A DNA stretch of 64,000 nucleotides, taken from the NCBI GenBank assembly GCA_963833985.1, contig CAWIAD010000001.1, positions 1,184,001 to 1,248,000 of the forward strand. The letters are read 5' to 3'. The notes under the pieces were generated by a model. That model saw only the letters and a program-made list of their open reading frames with translations, was not told the DNA's origin and did not search any database. The DNA comes from an uncultured Planctomycetaceae bacterium (GTDB taxonomy: Bacteria > Planctomycetota > Planctomycetia > Isosphaerales > Isosphaeraceae). The position numbers were made by a program, and so were the translations under genes. Numbering within the stretch: position 1 is the first letter of the stretch; every line of letters starts with the position of its first letter. Positions 27,750-41,281 of the stretch are shown piece by piece.

Positions 27750-30700
27750 CCGCCCTCGACCATGACGCCGAAAGGCGTTGAGCACTCATGGCCTCATCGG
27801 CGTCGATCTCCGAAAAGCCCCGCCCTCGACCATGACGCCGAAAGGCGTTGAGCACAAGGCCGGCGGCTGGGACCACAGCCGAAATCACCCCCGCCCTCGA
27901 CCATGACGCCGAAAGGCGTTGAGCACGAATACCCGACGAGATCATCGTGCTGGTGCCCTATCCGCCCTCGACCATGACGCCGAACGGCGTTGAGCACATG
28001 GCAATAGCTTCTGGTCGCGCCAGGTCGAGATGCCGCCCTCGACCATGACGCCGAAAGGCGTTGAGCACCCCTTTTTCTCGCCGTGCTGAATCGCCGTGGC
28101 GATCCGCCCTCGACCATGACGCCGAAAGGCGTTGAGCACAGAACGGGATGCACCCATAGTCGTGCGGCTCCTGGCCGCCCTCGACCATGACGCCGAAAGG
28201 CGTTGAGCACACCCGGCCGCGGCTGCGGTGCGGTCGAACCCGGATTGACCGCCCTCGACCATGACGCCGAAAGGCGTTGAGCACGAAACCGCCCCTGGGC
28301 CCTTACCACCAAGTAACGCCCGCCCTCGACCATGACGCCGAAAGGCGTTGAGCACATCGAACAGACCGCCGATCACGCCAAGCCGGCCGACCGAGCCCGC
28401 CCTCGACCATGACGCCGAAAGGCGTTGAGCACATCCTAACGACCCGAGCACATATAACACCGCGGACATCCGCCCTCGACCATGACGCCGAAAGGCGTTG
28501 AGCACACCGGCCGGCGGCGATCCGGTCGCGGACGCACGGTGACCGCCCTCGACCATGACGCCGAAAGGCGTTGAGCACGTTGAGGAACATCACCCCGTCG
28601 TCCCGCAGCACTCGCCCGCCCTCGACCATGACGCCGAAAGGCGTTGAGCACACGGCACGCCGAACAACGCCAACCCCATCAATGTGCCCGCCCTCGACCA
28701 TGACGCCGAAAGGCGTTGAGCACCGGCCTCGCCCTGGCGGACGTGGAGATCAGCGCAGCCCGCCCTCGACCATGACGCCGAAAGGCGTTGAGCACAACGT
28801 GAACGTCCCGGTGGTCAACACCGGCGACGCCCCGCCCTCGACCATGACGCCGAAAGGCGTTGAGCACGTGCTATTATTGAGTCAGTGGAGATGAGTCCTG
28901 AACCGCCCTCGACCATGACGCCGAAAGGCGTTGAGCACGAGCTGCGTGCGGATGCGCGTGTGGCGGAGCTGCCGTTCCGCCCTCGACCATGACGCCGAAA
29001 GGCGTTGAGCACGCTACCGCACCCACATTGTGCCGCTGGCCCACGAGGCCGCCCTCGACCATGACGCCGAAAGGCGTTGAGCACTCTACCGTTCGATGAT
29101 TCCCGGCGGCGCGTTCCTGCCCGCCCTCGACCATGACGCCGAAAGGCGTTGAGCACGGTGATCGGCGACGAGATCATCCCCGGCTCGAAGCTCCGCCCTC
29201 GACCATGACGCCGAAAGGCGTTGAGCACGTCTCCTTCGCCACGAAGCGGGGGACAGTGATGCTCCGCCCTCGACCATGACGCCGAAAGGCGTTGAGCACG
29301 TCAACCAGCGCGCGCTTCATACTCTGGAACAGCGACCGCCCTCGACCATGACGCCGAAAGGCGTTGAGCACCAATTGCTGCCCGCCGCCGATCAGAGGCC
29401 GGTCCTCCGCCCTCGACCATGACGCCGAAAGGCGTTGAGCACCGGCCTCGATGGTCGGATGAGTCCCCAGGCTCGCCCGCCCTCGACCATGACGCCGAAA
29501 GGCGTTGAGCACGCCCCGTCCGGCCTGCACTGGGGTGCAAGCCAGCATCGCCCGCCCTCGACCATGACGCCGAAAGGCGTTGAGCACGCTCGCCGTTGCG
29601 CGGGCGATGGCAATCACAGGCGCCGCCCTCGACCATGACGCCGAAAGGCGTTGAGCACACGCTGGCCCGTCTTGGCCTCGGCCTGGTCGAGATCCCGCCC
29701 TCGACCATGACGCCGAAAGGCGTTGAGCACCCGAGATCGCCGGCATTGAGGTAGACGCCCGCAACCGCCCTCGACCATGACGCCGAAAGGCGTTGAGCAC
29801 CACCTACCTCACTTTCTCGTCAATCTGATAGGGTCCGCCCTCGACCATGACGCCGAAAGGCGTTGAGCACAGATCGAATCCAAGAGAGTCTCCTGGCTCT
29901 GGCAACCGCCCTCGACCATGACGCCGAAAGGCGTTGAGCACTACGGCAGTTCGTCCCATGTTCCCACTAATACATCCGCCCTCGACCATGACGCCGAAAG
30001 GCGTTGAGCACCACCCGATGTCCTCAAGGTCACTCGAACCCTGGTTCCGCCCTCGACCATGACGCCGAAAGGCGTTGAGCACTCCCCGAGATGCTCGTGA
30101 GCTTCGGCAATGAGATCCGCCCTCGACCATGACGCCGAAAGGCGTTGAGCACCCAGTGATTTTGATGGCGTGCGGCATCAGGTGAACAGCCCGCCCTCGA
30201 CCATGACGCCGAAAGGCGTTGAGCACCCCCCAGGCCGTGCAAGCTCCCGGGGACGTGGGCGCCGCCCTCGACCATGACGCCGAAAGGCGTTGAGCACTAC
30301 CTACACGCGGGGCGGCACCGGGATCACCTTGACCGCCCTCGACCATGACGCCGAAAGGCGTTGAGCACGGGTTGGTGGCGGTGACCGAGAGCGTGGTCGA
30401 GGTCCGCCCTCGACCATGACGCCGAAAGGCGTTGAGCACACCCGCAAGGGCCGGAACGTCGCGGCCTACCCGCCCGCCCTCGACCATGACGCCGAAAGGC
30501 GTTGAGCACTCGCCGGCAGTGTGCTGGATCCGCTGGATGCCGTTCCCGCCCTCGACCATGACGCCGAAAGGCGTTGAGCACAACTGCGGATCTTCATGCC
30601 CCGCGTGAGCCCGAAAGCCGCCCTCGACCATGACGCCGAAAGGCGTTGAGCACCAGAACCCCGACGCGCGGGTTGATGGCGAGCTGGGGCCGCCCTCGAC

Positions 30701-33700
30701 CATGACGCCGAAAGGCGTTGAGCACTATCGGCGGCCAAGGGCCAGGGCGGCAACGCCCGTCCGCCCTCGACCATGACGCCGAAAGGCGTTGAGCACAGCC
30801 GCCGGCGGACGGACCGCCGCAGAACGGCAAGCCGCCCTCGACCATGACGCCGAAAGGCGTTGAGCACACGATCCTCGGGCACTCGCCCGACATCGCGGAC
30901 CCGCCCTCGACCATGACGCCGAAAGGCGTTGAGCACATCCGCGTCGGCGACACGATCATCGCCGTGACGGTCCGCCCTCGACCATGACGCCGAAAGGCGT
31001 TGAGCACCTGGGCAGGCTGCCTCTTCGTCCCGTACTCCGGACCGCCCTCGACCATGACGCCGAAAGGCGTTGAGCACCCGAGACGATGGTCCAGGAGTTG
31101 CCAGTCCTTCAGCCGCCCTCGACCATGACGCCGAAAGGCGTTGAGCACCAGGAGCTGTCTCGTCCGACTCCCTCACCCAGATCGCCGCCCTCGACCATGA
31201 CGCCGAAAGGCGTTGAGCACGCGCTGGGCGTGGCGAGGCTCTTGAACGACCCCGGCCGCCCTCGACCATGACGCCGAAAGGCGTTGAGCACAGTTCACCC
31301 CGAGCCCAGACGACCTTGCTGACTACCCCGCCCTCGACCATGACGCCGAAAGGCGTTGAGCACATCGGTAAGGACTTCTGGATCGGCCGGCTGATCTGGT
31401 CCGCCCTCGACCATGACGCCGAAAGGCGTTGAGCACACCGTGCCGCCGCCCGGCCAGGCCGTCGGAGCGCCATCCCGCCCTCGACCATGACGCCGAAAGG
31501 CGTTGAGCACACCAGTTCGTGCAGCTCCCAACGGCCGTCAACCAGGCCGCCCTCGACCATGACGCCGAAAGGCGTTGAGCACACGGTAATAGCTTCTGGT
31601 CGCGCCAGGTCGAAATGTCCGCCCTCGACCATGACGCCGAAAGGCCTTGAGCACACATATTCGGCGCAGCGTGCCAGCGCAGCTTGCGCCCGCCCTCGAC
31701 CATGACGCCGAAAGGCGTTGAGCACCACTTCGACACCAGGCGGGATGCGCTCGCGGATCGCCCGCCCTCGACCATGACGCCGAAAGGCGTTGAGCACAAG
31801 GAGCTGGAGGAGAACCCGCCGGCCCGGCTGCCCCGCCCTCGACCATGACGCCGAAAGGCGTTGAGCACGGCGCTGGACGCCGCGGCGGTCGCCGTCGTCC
31901 TTCTGGCCCGCCCTCGACCATGACGCCGAAAGGCGTTGAGCACCGGTTTATCCGGCTGAAGAAGGCCGGGACAATCGGCCGCCCTCGACCATGACGCCGA
32001 AAGGCGTTGAGCACTCGTCCACGACCTTGCGGCCGTAGAGGACGGGAATCCGCCCTCGACCATGACGCCGAAAGGCGTTGAGCACACCACGCACCAGCAT
32101 GAAGCCAAGAGCCGATCGGAGCCACCCCGCCCTCGACCATGACGCCGAAAGGCGTTGAGCACTCCAGATCGGCATCCTTGTCATCGACCGAAACTGTCCG
32201 CCCTCGACCATGACGCCGAAAGGCGTTGAGCACATCCGCAGCATCCCCGGCGCGTGCCGTCTGGCGGGCCGCCCTCGACCATGACGCCGAAAGGCGTTGA
32301 GCACCCGAGCCCCAGAAAGGCGCATGGCGCCAACGGGTCCCGCCCTCGACCATGACGCCGAAAGGCGTTGAGCACAGCACTGAGCCGAAACACAGGAGAC
32401 GAGACGATGCCGCCCTCGACCATGACGCCGAAAGGCGTTGAGCACTTTCCCGGAGTGCTCTGGCTATTTACGCCCCGTCCGTCCGCCCTCGACCATGACG
32501 CCGAAAGGCGTTGAGCACCGGCCCACTCCGAGCGCCCGCCGCCAGTCGGTCACGAGCCCGCCCTCGACCATGACGCCGAAAGGCGTTGAGCACCCAAGCG
32601 AAAAACGCAGAATCTCCCTGACCGTGAACGACCGCCCTCGACCATGACGCCGAAAGGCGTTGAGCACCAGCCCATTCCAGATCGCCTACTCCGTGACCAG
32701 CGACCGCCCTCGACCATGACGCCGAAAGGCGTTGAGCACCTCGTCATCGCGGCCTGCGCCGCACCGATCATCGCGCCGCCCTCGACCATGACGCCGGAAG
32801 GCGTTGAGCACTCCCAGGCCGTGAACGACATTAGCAGCTCTGCGTTCCGCCCTCGACCATGACGCCGAAAGGCGTTGAGCACATCCGGGTACGAGCGTAC
32901 TCTGGCTCAGTCCGGCTGCCGCCCTCGACCATGACGCCGAAAGGCGTTGAGCACGGGTAACGCCTCCGGCTTGCGGACGGGCGACGGTTCCGCCCTCGAC
33001 CATGACGCCGAAAGGCGTTGAGCACTCACTCTGAATAGCGGCACCGGTGGCGCCACCCTGCCGCCCTCGACCATGACGCCGAAAGGCGTTGAGCACTCTG
33101 GCGATCGTCGCCTGGACATCAGCCAGTTGCGCCCGCCCTCGACCATGACGCCGAAAGGCGTTGAGCACTCGTTGCCGTTGAGCAGCGTGTCAATCCCCTG
33201 GTCCAGGCCGCCCTCGACCATGACGCCGAAAGGCGTTGAGCACCTCGATGCGCGCGACGAGTCCAACGCGGGGGCGACCGCCCTCGACCATGACGCCGAA
33301 AGGCGTTGAGCACTCTATGTTTCGACGGGCAAGCCCGTCCCGGGCGACTTCCGCCCTCGACCATGACGCCGAAAGGCGTTGAGCACTCCATGAGCCGCAG
33401 CTTGCCGCGCTCCAGAGCCATGGCCGCCCTCGACCATGACGCCGAAAGGCGTTGAGCACAGCAGCAACAAGCCGCGTCAGATCCCCACCGTGTCCGCCCT
33501 CGACCATGACGCCGAAAGGCGTTGAGCACCGGCCTGGTCAAGGGTGACGGTGAACGCCGAGCTGGCCGCCCTCGACCATGACGCCGAAAGGCGTTGAGCA
33601 CCGCGTGTCGGACTGGACCACGCCCGGGCCGTAGGCCGCCGCCCTCGACCATGACGCCGAAAGGCGTTGAGCACGGGTTCTACGTGTTGCGCCACGACGG

Positions 33701-34182
33701 CAATTTCGGCACCGCCCTCGACCATGACGCCGAAAGGCGTTGAGCACCTGACTGAGGCTGCTGACGTGGCGTGGCCACAGGAAGGCCGCCCTCGACCATG
33801 ACGCCGAAAGGCGTTGAGCACTCAGGCTCGGCTTGCGTCCCTCGGGGAACCGATCGCCGCCCTCGACCATGACGCCGAAAGGCGTTGAGCACAAGCTCTC
33901 GATCCTCGTCCCTGTCCGCGAACGCACGCCGCCCTCGACCATGACGCCGAAAGGCGTTGAGCACCGGGTCTCCTCGCTGATCCACGAGCGGTCGTTCAAG
34001 AGCCGCCCTCGACCATGACGCCGAAAGGCGTTGAGCACGAGCACCTGCCGGCGACCGGTCTGCCGGCGCTCCTGCCGCCCTCGACCATGACGCCGAAAGG
34101 CGTTGAGCACACCAAGAGGCCGCACCATTCGGGCTCCCTCGGACGACCGCCCTCGACCATGACGCCGAAAGGCGTTGAGCAC
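27750..34182 (+). CRISPR. CRISPR array with about 90 repeats and 89 spacers (33-41 nt); repeat CCGCCCTCGACCATGACGCCGAAAGGCGTTGAGCAC
   Basis: 36-nt repeat counted by hand; ACGCC-GAAA-GGCGT hairpin and TTGAGCAC handle; orientation from leader position and repeat family. Confidence 0.99.
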
Positions 34183-34247
34183 TCTGGGAGTCGCGGGCGG
34201 GACGGGCTACTGGGCGATGGGCGGGCGGGATGGAAGTCGTCAGGGGG

Positions 34248-35243
34248 TCATCGGTGGTCCGTTCCGGGGGCGGTTTCTGAGGCTTTTTGCGGGCGGTGGG
34301 TGGCGATGAAGAGGTTGTCGTGGCGGCGCGCGACGGCGAAGATGCCGCGATCCTCGGCCAGCCTCCAGTAGCCTTCCAGCTCGTCGTGGGGATCAAAGGT
34401 GAGCTGCCGGATGCGCACGCCGGGGCCGGTGGCGCGGCCGTCGCACAGCGCCTTGTTCAGGTCCAGCTCGTCGAGCCGCCAGCCACGGCCGGCGATCACG
34501 TTCTGCACGCAGATCAGCCGCAGGGACGCCGCGTCCCAGTGCAGGTTCTGGTTGAAGCCCCCGCAGAGCACGCGGTGCACCACCACGCCGGGCGCACTGG
34601 TCCGCCCGGCCGCCAGCAGCGCCTCGGGATCGCAGAGGCGGATCTCCGGGCGGATGTCGCCGTAATCGGCGGTGGCCAGCAGGCTCCGGCCGTTCCACTG
34701 CACGAACTCGGGGCGGCAGCCGTTCACGGCCGCGTCGTCTTCCAGGACGTTCACAATGGCGTCGTCCAGGTTGCCGCCTTGCCAGGCCTTCTGCCAGTCC
34801 AGCCGGTAGATCACGGCCCGCGACTTCGCCGGGTCCGCCGTCTTGATCGTGTCGCCGAGGAAGGTTCCCGACCGCGCGTCCCAGGTGAGCCCGGTGGGAT
34901 GAATGATGAGCGGCTTGCCGGCGCGGCTCAGCCAGACCACCCGGCCCGTGGGCTCGAGCTCGAGGTTGTACTCGCGGATGACCCCGACGCGCGGGTGTGC
35001 CTGCACGACGTCGCCGTAGGCGTAGATCTTGCCGTCGCGCACGACCACTCCCTGAACCGCCCCGAGCCCCAGATCCGTGATCGATTTCTCCACCCGCAGC
35101 GATGCATCGGCCATCCAGGTGCCGTCCGGCGGGGGCTGCTGGGCTGGGGACGAGGCCGCCAGGAACAGGGACAAGAGGCACGACGCCAGGACCGGCCCGC
35201 CCGACTTCGGGCCAACGCGTACCAGCTTTTGAACACGCTCCAT
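34248..35243 (-). CDS. Hypothetical, probably secreted protein
   Basis: Long ORF with a signal-like N-terminus (LLSLFLAASSPAQ); start uncertain. Confidence 0.6.
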   Translation of the reverse strand: MERVQKLVRVGPKSGGPVLASCLLSLFLAASSPAQQPPPDGTWMADASLRVEKSITDLGLGAVQGVVVRDGKIYAYGDVVQAHPRVGVIREYNLELEPTGRVVWLSRAGKPLIIHPTGLTWDARSGTFLGDTIKTADPAKSRAVIYRLDWQKAWQGGNLDDAIVNVLEDDAAVNGCRPEFVQWNGRSLLATADYGDIRPEIRLCDPEALLAAGRTSAPGVVVHRVLCGGFNQNLHWDAASLRLICVQNVIAGRGWRLDELDLNKALCDGRATGPGVRIRQLTFDPHDELEGYWRLAEDRGIFAVARRHDNLFIATHRPQKASETAPGTDHR

Positions 35244-35547
35244 GGACCGATCGCTCCGTGTTTCCTGGTGAATCGCACCGGTTTTCACCCGCGAGGGGCT
35301 TCGTGCGATCATCGGCGGTCGGGCCGTAGCTGTCGAATGAACTTCCCGTGAAGGTCGCCGCGCGGTCCCGGAAGCTTCCCGGGCAGTCATCGTCGGCCTC
35401 GCCTGCTGCCGCGCGGGCCGTCACACATCCGGCGTGAACCTCATGAGTGGTCCGGCGTTTCCCGTTTCACTCTTTACGCACCTTGCCAAAGCCCAGGAGC
35501 GGCATGAGAATACAGACGTCGGCTTGCCTCCCGCCGCTCCTCCCGAG

Positions 35548-37149
35548 ATGAACCCCATGGCGATCGACAGCTTCCGGCGGACCGTGCCGCGGTTCTTCAT
35601 CGCAGCCGCATGGCTGACCCTGAGCTTCCTGCTCCGCGGTGCCGCCGGGTATGCCGGCGTGCCGGACCCGGCGGGGCCGCAGGATCCGGGCGGAGGGCAG
35701 ACTCCCGGCACGCCGCCGGCGGGCAACGGCGGCGATCCCGCACGCCCCGACCGCGGAGCCCGGACCAGACCCCTTCCGGCGCGGAAGGCCCGGCGGGCCG
35801 CCAGGGCCAGGGCCGATGCGTCCGGCGCAGCGACGAAGGCGGAGAGTGCGAAGAACCCCGAACGTACCGCGGGAATCAGCTTCGCCAGCGACGTGGCGCC
35901 CATCCTTGTTGCCAACTGCGTGGGCTGCCACAGCCCGGGACGGCCCGGAGTGACGCGCGGCAAGCTGGAGCTCAGCTCGTTTGCCAGGCTCATGCAGGGG
36001 ACGAGCGCGGAGAAGGTGATCGAGCCAGGCAAGCCGGACGAGAGCCACCTGGTGCTCCGGGTCAAGGGCGAGGAGACGCCGCGGATGCCGCAAGGAGGCA
36101 ACAACAACGGGCTTTCCGAGTCCGCGATCGGCAAGATCGAGGAATGGATCAGGGCAGGGGCCAGGCTGGATGCGGGGCTGGATCCGAATGCCGCCATGGC
36201 CAGCTACGCGGCATCTCCGGACCAGGTGCGGCGCAGCCAGCTCGCCCGGTTGAGCTCGAAGGAGCGCGACCAGAAAGTCATCGCCGCCGGCCAGGATCGC
36301 TTCCGGCGCACCAACCCCGCGCTGGCTCCCGAAACCGCGGCGGGTGAGCACTTTGTCGTCTTCAGCAACTTGCCGAAGGAACGCGCGGCCGGATTGCTGA
36401 AGTCGGCGGAAGCCGTGCACGGCCAGCTCAAGCGACTGCTGGGCGCACCGGCCACCGAATGGGTGGAGAAGGTCGGCGTCTATGTGTTCAATGATCCGAA
36501 AGACTTCATCGAGTTCGCCCGCACGATCGAGAATCGGGAGGTCGAGCCGGCCGTGGTCTCGGCCGCCAACCTGCGAACCGCGCAGCCCTACATTGCCCTG
36601 GTCGATCCCCTGGCGGGAAAGAAGGAAGAATCGAACCCTCCCCGGCACCGGCCGCGTGCCCGGCGCGGCAGCCAGGCGAAGGATGAGAGCGGCACGGGCC
36701 TGGGGGGCGGCTCGGCCCGCTCGCTCGCCGGTTTGCTGGCGGACGCGCTGGGCGAGGCGGCGGTGCTGGCGCAGGGCAGTTCCCCCCGCTGGCTGGCGTA
36801 CGGTGTGGGTTCCTTGCTGGCGGCGCAGGTCGATCCCCGGAACCCCGCCCTCGAGAGGCTGCACGCCATCGCCCTGGAAAAGTGCCGTGAGGGCTGGCCG
36901 ACCAGGGCCGCGCAGGCGCTCGGCGAGGGCGACGACGTCAGCGCCGAGGAGATCCGCGCCGTCGGCTTCGCGATCGTGGAGTTCCTCATGAGCCCGCCCT
37001 ACCGCGCGGCCTTCCCCGCACTGGCGCAGGGCATGAGCAAGGGCAAGGAAAAGCTGGACGACGTGCTCCGCGACGTCTACCGGGCCGACCGCGACACGTT
37101 TCTGAACCGGAGCGGCGAGTGGTTCCTCTCGCGTTATGGAATGAACTGA
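35548..37149 (+). CDS. Planctomycete cytochrome c domain protein
   Basis: SFASDVAPILVANCVGCH...PGKPDESHL...RMP...WIRAGA. Confidence 0.8.
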   Translation: MNPMAIDSFRRTVPRFFIAAAWLTLSFLLRGAAGYAGVPDPAGPQDPGGGQTPGTPPAGNGGDPARPDRGARTRPLPARKARRAARARADASGAATKAESAKNPERTAGISFASDVAPILVANCVGCHSPGRPGVTRGKLELSSFARLMQGTSAEKVIEPGKPDESHLVLRVKGEETPRMPQGGNNNGLSESAIGKIEEWIRAGARLDAGLDPNAAMASYAASPDQVRRSQLARLSSKERDQKVIAAGQDRFRRTNPALAPETAAGEHFVVFSNLPKERAAGLLKSAEAVHGQLKRLLGAPATEWVEKVGVYVFNDPKDFIEFARTIENREVEPAVVSAANLRTAQPYIALVDPLAGKKEESNPPRHRPRARRGSQAKDESGTGLGGGSARSLAGLLADALGEAAVLAQGSSPRWLAYGVGSLLAAQVDPRNPALERLHAIALEKCREGWPTRAAQALGEGDDVSAEEIRAVGFAIVEFLMSPPYRAAFPALAQGMSKGKEKLDDVLRDVYRADRDTFLNRSGEWFLSRYGMN

Positions 37150-37523
37150 TGAGCAAGTCCGACGGATCGTCCCATGGCGGCCCCGGCGCTCCGGGGGTCG
37201 AGTACTTCCTGGCAGCCGGCGCCGGCTCGCACCATGTCATTTTTCCGGGCGTGGAGATCCGTACCACCGCCGGAAAAGGGCTCATGCTCTCGGTCGTGCA
37301 CCTGGAGCCTCGCTCGGTGGTTCCCGAACACGCGCATCCGCACGAGCAGATGGGGATGATGATCTCCGGCCAGCTCGAGTTCACCGTGGGGGGCATCACC
37401 CGGGTGCTCGGCCCCGGCGCCATCTGGCGGATCCCCGGCGGCATCCCTCATAGCGTCCGGGCCCTGGACGAGCCGGCCGTGGCGCTCGACGTTTTTCACC
37501 CTGTACGCGAGGACTATCTCTGA
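37149..37523 (+). CDS. Cupin domain protein
   Basis: PEHAHPHEQ; IPGGIPHSV; DVFHPVREDY. Confidence 0.85.
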   Translation: MSKSDGSSHGGPGAPGVEYFLAAGAGSHHVIFPGVEIRTTAGKGLMLSVVHLEPRSVVPEHAHPHEQMGMMISGQLEFTVGGITRVLGPGAIWRIPGGIPHSVRALDEPAVALDVFHPVREDYL

Positions 37524-37540
37524 CCGAGGCTTTTCGCTCC

Positions 37541-38406
37541 ATGCCCCGCGTTGTCGTGGTGGGCTCCTGCTCGACCGTTCTGACGGTGCACGTCCCGGTG
37601 TTGCCTGCCCCGGGGCAGACCATGCTGGGCGATTCGTTCGCGGTCAGGCTCGGGGGCAGGGGATGCCTGCACGCCCGCGCTGCGCTCCGGGCCGGTGCGG
37701 ACGTCGTGCTGGTCTCGGCCATCGGCGCTGACGACCTGGGTCGGCGGGCTCTGGAACTGCTGCGCGGCGAGGGGATCGGCAGCCAAGCGATCAAGACGGT
37801 CCCGGACGTTTCCTCGGCAGTCTCCATGAGGATGATCGGGAAGGAAGCCGAGGAGCTGGCCGGCGCAGCGCCGGGCGCGAACCTGCGTTTTTCACCCGGC
37901 GACATCGACCGCCTCCCGGATTCGGTGTTCACGCGTGGCGCGGTGCTGCTTGTGGCCCTGGAGGTTCCGATACCGACGGCGATCCGCGCGATGCGCCGCG
38001 GCAGGGCGAGCGGCATGAGGGTGATCCTCAACCCCGCGCCCGCTCCTTCGCTTTCCGAGCTTGAGGTGGGGATCTTGCTGGAACAGGTGGACATCGTGGT
38101 GTCGAACAGGCTCGAGGCGATCATGCTGGCGGGTATCCGGCGTGGCGAGCGCCCGGAGCCGGCGGTGACGGCCCGCCGGCTGCTGGAGCTGGGACCGCGG
38201 GCCGCGGTGATCACTCTCGGACCGGACGGCTGCCTGATCGCCGAGGGGACGCAGACGCAGCACTTGCCATCCGCGTGCCTTGCGGACGCCGGCCGCGACG
38301 CGTTCCACGGCGATCTGGCCGCGGCCATCGGGACCGGGCTGCCGCTTTCGCAGGCCGTCGCACGCGCGTTGCAGGCCTCTGGCCAGGAACCACAGGGAGA
38401 TGTTGC

Positions 38407-38410
<4 letters not shown>
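37541..38410 (+). CDS. PfkB/ribokinase-family protein with divergent motifs
   Basis: VVVVGS; AIGADDLG; ILNPAPA; ITLGPDG; AGRDAFHG in place of GAGDxF. Confidence 0.75.
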
Positions 38411-40134
<1,724 letters not shown>

Positions 40135-40259
40135 GACGGATACGGAGCTGAGATGGTGCCAGCGGAACAGGGTGCTGCCGGCGAGCCTCACCACTTGCCC
40201 AGGTTCCCCCGCGGAACCGGATCCGAACCCCACAGGTGGGGCAAGGTTTCATCCTCTGA

Positions 40260-40610
40260 CGTGGGACAGGAGTCCCATCTTGTTACTTAAACGCAATACC
40301 GTCATAATGTACATAAGATCATTTTATACATATGTATGCCCCTCGTTCCCACGCTCCGCGTGGGAATGCTCTCTGCGACGCTCCGCGTCGATTGGGCCCG
40401 TGCTGAGACTGGGAAATCGATGGGACGCAGAGCGTCCCGACCGGTGTTCCCACACGGGAGCGTGGGAACAAGTCACTTGCAAATCTCTTGACCCGTTTTT
40501 TTTAACGGTATTTCAACGCTATTTTACTTAAACCAATTTAACCATCTTATGTTATATATAATAATTATCAGTAGATAAAAACAGTGACAAGATTGGAATC
40601 TTGTCCCACG
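40260..40610. repeat. Nested palindromic element: outer 27-bp inverted repeats around AT-rich DNA and an inner REP-like doublet (40342-40472)
   Basis: CGTGGGACAGGAGTCCCATCTTGTTAC matches the reverse complement of 40584-40610 at 23/27; inner TTCCCACGCTCCGCGTGGGAA...TTCCCACACGGGAGCGTGGGAA. Confidence 0.75.
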
Positions 40611-40693
40611 AAAGAGGGCGGACCTTGTGCGACTTCCGACCTGGGGGCTGACGCAGCCAGGCGAGGCGGGTCCTGAGACCCGGGGCGATCCGT

Positions 40694-40966
40694 TCAGACG
40701 CGCTGGCGGTGCAGGCGGCCGCCGAGCTTGCGGCAGATCTCCTCGGCGCGCGTGAGCATCCTGTCGTCCTTGCAGCCAATCGAGAGGATCATCCCCTGGC
40801 CGCCTTCGATCTGGTCGGGCGGGGTGACGCCCAGGCGGTCGTTCAGGATGCCGATCGAAGTGAGGATCTGGATGGCGAGGTTTCCCTCGGCCGCGTTGTG
40901 GAAGAAGGCGACGACGCGCAGCTTGCTATCGGGGCTGGTCACGGCGCCGGGGCGGACCTGGGGCAT
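40694..40966 (-). CDS. Small hypothetical protein
   Basis: 90-aa ORF with coding-like composition (LRVVAFFHNAAEGNLAIQIL). Confidence 0.55.
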   Translation of the reverse strand: MPQVRPGAVTSPDSKLRVVAFFHNAAEGNLAIQILTSIGILNDRLGVTPPDQIEGGQGMILSIGCKDDRMLTRAEEICRKLGGRLHRQRV

Positions 40967-41281
40967 TTCCATGGACTTTGGCGTCTCAGCGGGGAGTCTT
41001 GTGGCTCGGGATGCCCGAGAGGCACCCTGGGGAAACCCAATTTCGACCAAGTTTGACGCTCCGGCGACGGTTTCGCAAGCCGTCTCCCATCCGCAACCCG
41101 GCGCGCCTTCATGATGCGCGAACGCATCGGCAGGGGTGAGCGGCCGCAACACCGGATCGAATCCTGACACCCCGGGTCTCAGTCCGGGCCCGTTCGCGTA
41201 GTCAAATCAGGTAGCGGGCCTGACGTTGAACCGGCACATCGCTTGCCCCGGTGCCAGTCACTTACCGCGAGAGGGCTCGAG

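Noticed and set aside
27750..34182. Self-targeting by main-array spacers within the window
   Set aside because: I saw no match by eye. An exhaustive alignment was not possible, so this is unsupported rather than excluded.
27481..34396. Many ORFs with repeated peptides (CSTPFGVMVEGG, VLNAFRRHGRGR)
   Set aside because: These are translations of the CRISPR repeat, not genes.
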